From Pseudomonadota bacterium (GTDB taxonomy: Bacteria > Bdellovibrionota_C > UBA2361 > OMII01): DNA of 64,000 bases. Location of the stretch: contig JAIXQT010000249.1 in assembly GCA_027485595.1 (NCBI GenBank), positions 5,320 to 69,319 of the forward strand. Direction: 5' to 3'. The notes under the pieces are model-generated. The model was not told the origin of the DNA. It worked only from the letters and a program-made list of their open reading frames with translations, and searched no databases. Position 1 is the stretch's first letter, and every line of letters starts with the position of its first letter. A program made the translations under genes and the position numbers. Below are positions 48,598 through 56,701 of this stretch, one piece after another.

Positions 48598-50259
48598 TTA
48601 CTGCGCTGAGCTCGGGCCTCTCAGCACATACCGATACGTGTCTATAAAGTGCTGTCCTGATCGAAATCGTGTGGTGCCCTCAAGCTCATATTGTGGGGCA
48701 AAATCCCTTCGGTTAGCGGGAACCGGTACGAACGGATAGTCGATATAGGTAAATGACTGCGGCATGCGCTGGGGGGCAAACGGATTGCTACTGAGAAGTG
48801 GTGTTCCATTGTTGCAATCCTTCTGATACGCGGACAAACATCGTACGTGGTTGCTTGTCTCGCGCCCTAGAAGACTGAACATCGCTTGGTTATCAACAAC
48901 GAAAGGGGACTCAGGGCTAGCGGGAATTTCTTTGATAATGCGCGCGGTAATCTCATCGATATACAGGGCCTGTGTATTATAGAAGAGTTGATCTCTGCCG
49001 AGTCCACAGCATTCACCGGTCCTCGATGTCATAGCGAGTAGTGAGGCGTCACCGAATGGGATAACGCCGTAGAACCATTTCGAAACTGGGTCGATAGTTA
49101 CCAATGACGAGCTTACTTGAAGCGAGATAACGAGTGCCAGAATAGAATTACGGACCCAACCGCTGATTCCCGCGAAATAGGTAGCATAAAGGAACGCTAG
49201 GTGAAAAAAGGGCACCGTGACGAGGATATATCTGGGGTTGTTAAAGTGAAGGCAGCGGGTTGTGGCATAGACAGCGATAGAAAGGAACAGCAGTCCAACA
49301 GCGAGGAATGACATAGCTCGTGTAGCATCGGCGCGGAGAGAGGCTCTTCTCCCAATAATTCTATACGCTCCCAGCCCGATACAAACCGGCAGCAGGAGAG
49401 TTTCAATCCAATGAAAGTTTAAGAGGAATACATTGAAGAGATAATTGGTGGCGGCTGGAGAGGTAAAGTCAAAGGTAAAGAGAAGGTCGAAGATATTGTT
49501 TGGCCGAGACCAGCACGTGCCTTTGAGGTGTTGCGAGTCAAATGACGTCGGAAAGATTTTGAAGAGGTACATGCTGGACCAATACGCCAACAAAGGAACG
49601 AGTGTGACCATGAAAAACCGGGTTGCAAGGAGTCTGGTAGCAACCTTGAAGGAAGGCGCCCCCTTGAAGGAGACATAGAGTAAGGTCGCTGATCCGAGGA
49701 GTCCGAATAGTGAGAGAGCGGTGGCTTTGGCAAAAAGGGTCATGAGTCCAAAAAACATCGCCACAAAAAAGTGACGGCTCAACATCGCAGCGATATAGGC
49801 GGTTATGAAGGAGGTAGTCCCGAAGTCGGGTGTGATGATTAGGGTGTAGGTAACGCTTAGGGGATCGCACGCGAACAGCGCTATAGGAAAGAGGTAGTCG
49901 ATGAATCTCGGCGAGTTTCGCAGTATAGAAGCTCGAAGAATCACTACGATAGCGTACAGGTAGATGAGAAAGAGAAGGAGATTGCCGAGATAGAGCCCGG
50001 GAATGCCAGCGCCGGTAACAGTAGAGAAAAACCACAGGGGCGTGAGATACGATACGGTCGGATCTCCCAAACCGCATCGCGCTAATGGGAAGGCGGGAGA
50101 TTGATGGCCTATCTCTAACGCGCAACGAGCGTATATAGCGCTGTCCCAAAGAGGTATAATTTCATGCAACCTAAACAGTATGAGTCCTACGGGGACGAGG
50201 CTCAGAATAAGGCAGAGGCACGTCGCGCTACGACTCATCATGTTTCCTCGCTCGCCCAT
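48598..50259 (-). CDS. Polytopic membrane protein, GT-C (ArnT/PMT-like) glycosyltransferase candidate
   Basis: 553 aa with about 11 TM segments followed by a soluble C-terminal domain. It has an early loop motif, PLWDSAIYA. The assignment rests on architecture only. Confidence 0.4.
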   Translation of the reverse strand: MGERGNMMSRSATCLCLILSLVPVGLILFRLHEIIPLWDSAIYARCALEIGHQSPAFPLARCGLGDPTVSYLTPLWFFSTVTGAGIPGLYLGNLLLFLIYLYAIVVILRASILRNSPRFIDYLFPIALFACDPLSVTYTLIITPDFGTTSFITAYIAAMLSRHFFVAMFFGLMTLFAKATALSLFGLLGSATLLYVSFKGAPSFKVATRLLATRFFMVTLVPLLAYWSSMYLFKIFPTSFDSQHLKGTCWSRPNNIFDLLFTFDFTSPAATNYLFNVFLLNFHWIETLLLPVCIGLGAYRIIGRRASLRADATRAMSFLAVGLLFLSIAVYATTRCLHFNNPRYILVTVPFFHLAFLYATYFAGISGWVRNSILALVISLQVSSSLVTIDPVSKWFYGVIPFGDASLLAMTSRTGECCGLGRDQLFYNTQALYIDEITARIIKEIPASPESPFVVDNQAMFSLLGRETSNHVRCLSAYQKDCNNGTPLLSSNPFAPQRMPQSFTYIDYPFVPVPANRRDFAPQYELEGTTRFRSGQHFIDTYRYVLRGPSSAQ

Positions 50260-50686
50260 ACCGTTGTCTCGCGCCTAAGTTTTTTACGCAGGAATTTCGG
50301 AAGGATAGGCGATTCTCTTGAACGGGCGCAAGTGATTGATACGTGGCAAGAGCGTGAGAGTCCTCTGCTGGCCAGCGCTCGCAATGCGTACCCCACCCAC
50401 GAGTGCGTGCTTAGTGCTACGAACAATGGGAGAGATATGCCAGGACAGCCGACATTTTATCGCCTCTTATGCGATAAGATGTAATCGGAGCCGCGATAGC
50501 CTGGGCGCCTTGTTAGCCGAAAATAAATTAGAGGCGAAGAAAAGTAGAGGTGAAGAAAGCAGAATGCTGAACGCCAAAAAACCTTTGAGCTCGTATACCT
50601 GCTGCCACTACGCTCTCACGAGGGAGCGTTCCGGTAGCAGGGATACGAGCGTACAAAACCTTCACTAAAAAACATCCCTTCCCCTC

Positions 50687-50728
50687 GGGAGCCCACCGTT
50701 TGTTGTGTGAGAACAAAGGTGGACTCCC
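50687..50728 (-). terminator. Long hairpin 29 nt downstream of the AAA gene (putative end of the nine-gene unit)
   Basis: gggagcccacc (50687-50697) pairs with ggtggactccc (50718-50728), with one mismatch. An inner tttgtt/aacaaa stem is present. On the minus strand the T-run comes only 14 nt after the stem, so this is not a canonical intrinsic terminator. Confidence 0.4.
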
Positions 50729-50756
50729 GTCATCTGATGACCATACACATGAACCG

Positions 50757-52514
50757 TTACAGGCCAAGCTTGAGCCGAAGCGCTTCGATCTCCCGCTCTC
50801 GTTCTTCAATAGAGAGTTCGGTGATCCACGGTGGCAAGACAGCCGGATAGCTGCAGTGCTTAGCCGCAATCAAGCCTTGGAATCGGCGACGCTCAGGGAG
50901 CGCCTCGGCTGCCGGAGGACGCCACAGTTCAAGCACCCTTTGGAGGGGTGTATCCTTGTGGGCCTTGGCCTCAGCGATCAACTCGCTGAGATCCCGCGAT
51001 GACCACGTCTCCGTGGTCTTGAGCAACGTCGCTTTGAACTCATTCGGGACGGTGATGCCGGCCCGAGTAAGAAGCTGCACGACGAACTCTTCGCGTTCGG
51101 CGCCTTGCAGATCCAAGATCGGAATCTGCACCGATGCACGCGAAACGATATCCGGGTCGAGCAGGTCAGGGCGTGAGGTCATCAGCACCCAGAGAAGCCT
51201 TCCCCGAAACCGCTTGTCACTCATCATCTGGATGATGCGCCCCGAAAGGCGTTTCTCCGTCTCATGAGAGTCTCGACTGTGCACCGAACCGAATGCCGTA
51301 TGCGCTTCATCGACCGTAATAAGAACACGGCCGAAGTTGAGGAGCTGAAAGCGCAGCAACTCAAAGAGCGCGTCGGTTCCGCCATACCACTGGGAGCGAA
51401 GTCCGGTGAGTTCGATCACCGTACGTCCACTCTTCGCGGCGAAGGCTTCAACCGTATAGGTCTTACCGCCTCCGTTTGGACCGGGAACGATAATCACTGG
51501 CACCGCCGTCGCCGGATCGTCACACCGATCGAAGGCGAACTGCATCGATTCCTTGACTGCCTTGAACCCCACAAGGTCATCTGGTGTGTGGGTCGGCATC
51601 TTGAGGATTGCGATTCCGTTGAGCGCCACCGCGAGGTGGTTGTTGGCTTCCACCAACAGTCCTTTGCGACAGACGGGCTGTTGTTCACCCGCCGCCTGCA
51701 TCAGAACACTCTCCAGTTTCTTGAGCTGCAATCCAGCGCCATCCTGCGCGATCGTTTCAATCGTGGGATCGAACGTCACGTTTGCATACGCAGGCTTTCG
51801 CCCCGTGTGCCGCAGGAAATGGAGCCGCTCGGACTCAGTCGGGAGCCCAATCTCAATCGGCTCGACCGTGGGAAGATTCAGCACCGCGCGATTAAGCTGC
51901 GATAGCTGGTCAACCACGATCACGACCAGGTTATGTCCCTGGTAGAAGTCGCTTTCAAACCAACTCAGAGCCTCAGCGACTCGGAGCCGATCGAGCTCGG
52001 GCAACTTCTCCAACTCACCGCTGGGGAGCATAGTGGCTCCATGAGCGATGAGCACAGCGAGCGCGGGGAGTTTTGGCTCCTTGGCGCGCGCCGCTTCCAC
52101 ACCTTCGCAGATGTGTCGCGCCAACACGAGGTTGGGCAACGGTGCATGGTTGTTGTGCGGGTCGGGCAGGCTTTGCACCTGCTTTGCGACCCCCTCAAAA
52201 TCCTTGCCTGCTTTTTTGAGCGTTTCAGCGACTCCCTTTCGGTCGTCCTCCGAAGGGAAGCTCAAGCCGCGAGCGGGATCAAAGAGGATAGTGTTGAACC
52301 GCACCTCGTCTCCGGCCCTGTCGTCTTCTCGCTGCCAGCGGCCGGTAAGCCGGACGCTCAGCAGATCGATCAGTGACATGTATTCCCCCTTGCGAGGGTT
52401 CCAGAAGAGGTCGTTGCGGTTCCCGTAAAGAACCACCACCCGTTTGCCGCGAAGCGAGAAGGCTCGTTCCACGGAATCAGAGAATGGTGGCCATGAAGGT
52501 GCGGCACTATTCAT
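50757..52514 (-). CDS. Tandem AAA ATPase: degenerate N-terminal AAA-like domain plus intact classical AAA domain
   Basis: D2 has Walker A GPNGGGKTY, Walker B LITVDEAH and the SRH-like MTSRPDLLDPDIVSRASVQIPI. The N-terminal half has an AAA-like layout (VVVLYGNRNDLF, LAVLIAHGA, EPIEIGLPTESERLHFL) but no P-loop Lys. ATG at 52514 overlaps the ABC-ATPase stop by 8 nt (ATGAATAG). Confidence 0.8.
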   Translation of the reverse strand: MNSAAPSWPPFSDSVERAFSLRGKRVVVLYGNRNDLFWNPRKGEYMSLIDLLSVRLTGRWQREDDRAGDEVRFNTILFDPARGLSFPSEDDRKGVAETLKKAGKDFEGVAKQVQSLPDPHNNHAPLPNLVLARHICEGVEAARAKEPKLPALAVLIAHGATMLPSGELEKLPELDRLRVAEALSWFESDFYQGHNLVVIVVDQLSQLNRAVLNLPTVEPIEIGLPTESERLHFLRHTGRKPAYANVTFDPTIETIAQDGAGLQLKKLESVLMQAAGEQQPVCRKGLLVEANNHLAVALNGIAILKMPTHTPDDLVGFKAVKESMQFAFDRCDDPATAVPVIIVPGPNGGGKTYTVEAFAAKSGRTVIELTGLRSQWYGGTDALFELLRFQLLNFGRVLITVDEAHTAFGSVHSRDSHETEKRLSGRIIQMMSDKRFRGRLLWVLMTSRPDLLDPDIVSRASVQIPILDLQGAEREEFVVQLLTRAGITVPNEFKATLLKTTETWSSRDLSELIAEAKAHKDTPLQRVLELWRPPAAEALPERRRFQGLIAAKHCSYPAVLPPWITELSIEEREREIEALRLKLGL

Positions 52515-53427
52515 GCGACACCTCCTTTGCGCGTGGTTCAACAGACACAGCATCCGAATGGGTGGTAACCCTCTCGGAGAGCTTAAGCGGCTTCTGGCCG
52601 TTCGGCTCAATCGCGGTGCGACGAATCAGCTCAACCGAGTCGAGGAAGGCAGCGTCCAGCTTGTATCGCTGGTCGTGCATCTGCCGTCCCCCAGGGGTTT
52701 CGATATCCACCACCACAAGCGCACCGTTTCCGGATGCGCCATCGTCGTAGGTCCAGTGCTGGGAGAGACCGATCACTCGGCTCCCCAGGAACACGGCCTC
52801 GCGCAGATCGTGAGAGACAAAGAAGATGGTCATCTTCCCGCCGTCCCACTTCTCCAACACGAGGTCTTGGATCCCACGACGTGTGGTTTCATCGAGACCC
52901 GAACACGGCTCGTCCATCACCAGCACCTTCGGTTCGGTGATGAGAGCCAACGCGATTGCAACCCGCTGCTGCATGCCTCCGGAGAGTTCGTGGGGGAACT
53001 TCTTTTCAGCGTCCGTGGGGAGCCCCACATCAGCCAGAAGTGCTCGGGCTCGTTCCCGAGCCTCACGACGAACACGCCAATAGCTTGGCAGCAAGAGCAA
53101 CCGTTCAGAGAGGTTAGAGTGAAGGCCTTCGTATCCAAGGGCCACGTTATCGAGGACGGTCGCATGGGGCATCAGGTTAAGTCGGTAGTCTTGGTAGACG
53201 ATACCGGCTTTTGTGCTTACCCCACTAACTTCCTCGCCGTCGATCGCCACTGAACCAAAACTCGGTGAGAGCGCTCCGAAGAGCAGGTTCAGAAGCGTTG
53301 ATTTGCCGCAGCCGGATGGACCGACCGCAGTGACCAGTTCCCCTGCGGAAACTGGGAGGTGAACGCGGTTCAGGATCGTGCGACCCGGAAAACGCATTCC
53401 CACTTCATGGAACAGGATGTTTGACAT
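52507..53427 (-). CDS. ABC transporter ATP-binding protein, NitT/TauT (SsuB/TauB-like) family
   Basis: GPSGCGKST, LSGGMQQR, LVMDEP and the H-loop SHD. It has a ~70-aa C-terminal extension. Confidence 0.88.
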   Translation of the reverse strand: MSNILFHEVGMRFPGRTILNRVHLPVSAGELVTAVGPSGCGKSTLLNLLFGALSPSFGSVAIDGEEVSGVSTKAGIVYQDYRLNLMPHATVLDNVALGYEGLHSNLSERLLLLPSYWRVRREARERARALLADVGLPTDAEKKFPHELSGGMQQRVAIALALITEPKVLVMDEPCSGLDETTRRGIQDLVLEKWDGGKMTIFFVSHDLREAVFLGSRVIGLSQHWTYDDGASGNGALVVVDIETPGGRQMHDQRYKLDAAFLDSVELIRRTAIEPNGQKPLKLSERVTTHSDAVSVEPRAKEVSHE

Positions 53428-53465
53428 GTTGGTGAGTTATTTGATGTGTTTTCGAATGAGCGCGA

Positions 53466-54353
53466 TCACTTTTTGTTGAACCACGGATACCTCCACGAGA
53501 TCCACACACCCAAGAGACGGTCGATGATGAAACAGAGCAGAGCCACCCACAAAACGTAGGGGATGATCTGGTCCATCAACATATTTCTCTTGAGGAGGTA
53601 AACCCGGTACCCAATCCCCGCGGAGGCCGCGAGGAATTCGGCCGCCATAAGACAGGCCACCCCCATTTGGAGCGACTCGCGAATGGCGGTAACGACCTTC
53701 GGCGCGATACCCGGCAGAATGACCCGATAGAGGATCTCAAACTGGGAGAGCCCAAGACTCTGCTTACCTTGGATAAGCTTCATCGGAACCTCGGACGCCG
53801 CGTTGTAGGTCGCGAGCGTTACCGAGAAGAAGAAGCCGATGATGACCGCCATAATTTTAGGCAGCTCATCGATTCCAAAGGCGATGACCAGCACCGGCGA
53901 AATCAGGATCGGGGGAACGAACCCCAGAACCCTAATCACCGGACCGAACATCGCTCCGCAGTACGGGAACGCTCCCATATGCAGCCCGAGAAGTACGGCG
54001 ATACCGACCCCATAGGCGTACGCCCACAGCAGCCGTTTGCCGGACGCGATGGTGTCAACTTTCAGGATCGGCTGTTTGAGTCGCATATCCTCTTTAAGGG
54101 CGATGGTTTTCACCCCGGCAAGGATCTGCTTTGGATACGGCATGATTTTTTCTTTATCGATGCCATCGTTTTCCACAATGCTTGCAGCGTGACGCTGCTT
54201 GGCTTTGTGAATGTATGTTCCGCATAGAACGAGGAACGGAATGATCGCGAGGATCGCCGCTATCGTTCTCGTCGGAACACAGTCGGTGCGGAGAAACGGG
54301 TTTCTAATCCGTTTCCACCACGGTCGTTGCGTCGAAGACGCGCTTGTTTGCAT
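53466..54353 (-). CDS. ABC transporter permease, NitT/TauT (SsuC/TauC-like) family
   Basis: 295 aa with 6-7 TM segments and a BPD_transp_1-like EAA region (QGKQSLGLSQFEILYRVILP). Confidence 0.85.
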   Translation of the reverse strand: MQTSASSTQRPWWKRIRNPFLRTDCVPTRTIAAILAIIPFLVLCGTYIHKAKQRHAASIVENDGIDKEKIMPYPKQILAGVKTIALKEDMRLKQPILKVDTIASGKRLLWAYAYGVGIAVLLGLHMGAFPYCGAMFGPVIRVLGFVPPILISPVLVIAFGIDELPKIMAVIIGFFFSVTLATYNAASEVPMKLIQGKQSLGLSQFEILYRVILPGIAPKVVTAIRESLQMGVACLMAAEFLAASAGIGYRVYLLKRNMLMDQIIPYVLWVALLCFIIDRLLGVWISWRYPWFNKK

Positions 54354-54522
54354 GGTTTTGGTTTTGGGAGTTACTGAATCGTCATGACGTCACCACTCGG
54401 TGGCGCCTGAAGAGCAGTTCAGTATCTGCTTTCTTCGTCTACCCGAAATCCTTGTCGCCAAGGCGTAAGGGTAGATGGAGGAGAAGACAAGTAGGAAAAA
54501 CATTCTAGAAAAACCATCGATA

Positions 54523-54578
54523 GTTGTGTCTGTCGACACAACACCCCGATTTGAGGTGCTGTGTTGACAGACAACAAC
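54523..54578. repeat. Long imperfect hairpin inside the 371-nt SBP-permease spacer
   Basis: gttgtgtctgtcgacacaac (54523-54542, itself an 8-bp-stem hairpin) is complementary to gctgtgttgacagacaacaac (54558-54578). The core TGTCTGTCGACACA matches the reverse complement TGTCTGTCAACACA at 13/14 positions. Confidence 0.7.
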
Positions 54579-54724
54579 GAATTAAAAACCTTCGTAAGAA
54601 CCGTAAGCACATCCGTGACCTCCTGAACATGTATCGCTACATGCCAGGAGGCTAGGATGGGTTTGCTTTGGGTTTTATTAACCGCACGTTACGTATTTCT
54701 ACATTCCGCACGGAAACTCTTCGG

Positions 54725-55774
54725 TTACTTCGACGCAGCCTTCATATATTGCGTATCGAAACGCAAAACTACGTTGGCTTTATCTCCAACAACCGAACCA
54801 TCAGGAAAGGCGATCCCCAGGGCGTCCACCGAAGCGGCGGATCCAAGGTAGCCTTTGGCGAAGAGGAACTGCCGCACCTTTTCGGTGGCGGCCTTGTTCT
54901 CCGCGCCCTCAGTGAAGCGCACAGCGTCCTCTGGGGTCCAGAAGAGCGCCGTGGTTTTCAACTGCGCGTCATACTCGGCAAGGGTGCACTCGCTGGCTTT
55001 CGCCATCTCCGTGCGCGCCGTTTTGGCGGCCTCCGAACGACCTTGCATCCGACCAAGGATCTGATACCAGCCCTTGGCGAGGATCTGCCCGACCTTGGGA
55101 TTCTTCTTCAGCACACTGGTCTTGACGACCAGGAGATCCTGGATCTCTCCGGGGATCTTTGCGCTGTCGAAGAGCCGCACAGAGCCCACTTTCTGCTCAC
55201 ACTGGAGCGTGAAGGGGGCCCAGGTCGTCACCGATGGCACCTGACCGCTGGTGAAGGCGGCGGTGAGTTCTGATTCGGCCTGGTTGTAGAGGCTAAACGA
55301 GCTGAGGTCTCCCCCAAGCTGTTCAACCCCCCGCGCCAGGAGATACTCGCTCACGGATTTCTCCACGATTGAGATCTTTTTGCCCTTGAGGTCCGCGAAC
55401 GATCTGACCGATTTGCCGTCGCCGATAACAGCATCGTTGCCGTTGCTGTAATCACCCATAACGACCACCGTACTGTCGATTCCGGCGGAGCCGGGACCCA
55501 TCAGGAGGTCCATGTTGGTGATGACGATGGCGTCGGTCTGGCCGGAGGCGTAGTTCTCAATCGTTTCCCCGTAGGTGCGGGGGACGAACTCGAACGTGAC
55601 TCCTTCAGCTTTCCCGAGTTCAGCGAAGATGCCGTTGGTGTCGCCGTAGTAATACGGCATCCAACCGGCGTAGACGCTGATCCCGACCTTGACGGTTTCA
55701 GCGGAAGCGGCGGTGATGCCGCCGATGATAAGGAGCGCACTACATGCGCTGCGAATGAGTGAGGTAAGTTTCAT
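54725..55774 (-). CDS. ABC transporter substrate-binding protein, NMT1/SsuA/TauA-like
   Basis: Signal peptide MKLTSLIRSACSALLIIGGITAASA, then VKVGISVYAGWMPYYY..., DLKGKKISIVEKSVSEYLL, typical of NitT/TauT family binding proteins. Confidence 0.82.
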   Translation of the reverse strand: MKLTSLIRSACSALLIIGGITAASAETVKVGISVYAGWMPYYYGDTNGIFAELGKAEGVTFEFVPRTYGETIENYASGQTDAIVITNMDLLMGPGSAGIDSTVVVMGDYSNGNDAVIGDGKSVRSFADLKGKKISIVEKSVSEYLLARGVEQLGGDLSSFSLYNQAESELTAAFTSGQVPSVTTWAPFTLQCEQKVGSVRLFDSAKIPGEIQDLLVVKTSVLKKNPKVGQILAKGWYQILGRMQGRSEAAKTARTEMAKASECTLAEYDAQLKTTALFWTPEDAVRFTEGAENKAATEKVRQFLFAKGYLGSAASVDALGIAFPDGSVVGDKANVVLRFDTQYMKAASK

Positions 55775-55814
55775 AGTTTTCTGTATCTGAGCGTTCTAAC
55801 GGTTTTGGTGTTGG

Positions 55815-55849
55815 CTCGCCCCACCTTGCTTTCGCAGAGGTGGGGCGAG
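55815..55849 (-). promoter_or_regulatory. 11-bp GC-rich stem-loop directly after the PspA-like gene (intra-operon attenuator or RNA stabiliser candidate)
   Basis: ctcgccccacc (55815-55825) pairs perfectly with ggtggggcgag (55839-55849), with a 13-nt loop and no following U-run on the minus strand. Confidence 0.5.
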
Positions 55850-55863
55850 GTTCTGACCGGGTA

Positions 55864-56685
55864 TTAGCCGGCCATTGTGGGTTTCGTGGCTTCGGTCTCC
55901 TTCTTGTCAGCGCCGTCCGACGTGCCACCTTCGCGCTCTTTTCTGCGCGCGGCGAGCATTTCGGCCATGCGGTTACCAGAGGTCGACTGCGACCCGGCTG
56001 CCTCATACTGAGCGTCCTGACGGGCGACATCGGTGCCGGCGAGACGCTCGGAGATACGAGCTTTGGACTTGAGGTCCTCATTGGATTTGAGAACAGCTGC
56101 CACCGGATCGAACTCATCGTGCTGCGACAGCCCGGCAAGGCGGTCGTTGAGCTCGATAAGCTGCTCCGACGAGACGCGATCGGCGATCGCTTGAGCCTCT
56201 TTAGCAGGCAGATCACGCAGCTCGGCTTGGAGCTTCGTGAGGTTCTGCATGTGAGACTGCATGCTGTTCTCGAGTTCCTTGATGGACTGTGCCAGTTGGA
56301 GCTCTTCCGCTTCGAGGCGCTGAATGTCAGCGTCAAAGCGGTCGAACGCCGCCTGGTGGCGGTCCTTCTCGGCTTGCTCATTGGCTTTTTCAAAGAGGCT
56401 CAGCGCCCCTTCGCGTTTGCCGAGGAGTTCCTTGAGGCTCTTGCCGACCTCGGTGAGGCGATTGCGTTTGCCTTGGATCACGCCTTCCACCTGAGCGACC
56501 GCGTCACGGAGGTCCGTGTAGCGTTTACTCAGGTTCATGGCCTTGATCTCGAAGGCGTCCTTGATACCGTCCACAGAGCCCGTGAATTGGGCTTCTGCGG
56601 ACCGCTTAATTCCGAGCGCGGCTCGGATCCACCGGAACAAAAAGAAGTTCCAGATACTTTTGGTCATTGAGGGTCTAGTTTGCAT
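55864..56685 (-). CDS. PspA/IM30 (Vipp1/ESCRT-III superfamily)-like protein
   Basis: Amphipathic N-terminal helix (SIWNFFLFRWIRAALGI), then long heptad-like helices. LRDAVAQVEGVIQGKRNRL resembles the PspA/Vipp1 helix-1 region, and QRLEAEELQLAQSIKELENSMQ is a further example. The C-terminal tail is charged and flexible. The start is ATG 56685 or 56667; the track ORF extension to 56859 overlaps the upstream gene. Confidence 0.55.
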   Translation of the reverse strand: MQTRPSMTKSIWNFFLFRWIRAALGIKRSAEAQFTGSVDGIKDAFEIKAMNLSKRYTDLRDAVAQVEGVIQGKRNRLTEVGKSLKELLGKREGALSLFEKANEQAEKDRHQAAFDRFDADIQRLEAEELQLAQSIKELENSMQSHMQNLTKLQAELRDLPAKEAQAIADRVSSEQLIELNDRLAGLSQHDEFDPVAAVLKSNEDLKSKARISERLAGTDVARQDAQYEAAGSQSTSGNRMAEMLAARRKEREGGTSDGADKKETEATKPTMAG

Positions 56686-56701
56686 GGTTTGATGAGGTGG
56701 G

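Noticed and set aside
50260-50756. 497-nt non-coding stretch between the GT-C-like gene start and the AAA gene stop, inspected for a hidden gene, tRNA or integrase remnant
   Set aside because: Only short, compositionally odd ORFs (50336..50668 and 50528..50869) occur, with no RBS or motifs. There is no cloverleaf-like sequence. It probably holds the GT-C gene promoter plus the cluster terminator.
52515-52610. Longer start for the AAA gene (track ORF from 52610) and for the PspA-like gene (from 56859) and the first cluster gene (from 61829)
   Set aside because: The extensions overlap upstream coding regions or precede obvious signal peptides or amphipathic N-termini. Internal ATGs give compact operon junctions. 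This remains uncertain without experimental data.
52444-56670. Long plus-strand ORFs 52444..53253 and 55840..56670 and several others inside the cluster
   Set aside because: They are antisense shadows of well-supported minus-strand genes in GC-rich coding DNA and carry no motifs.
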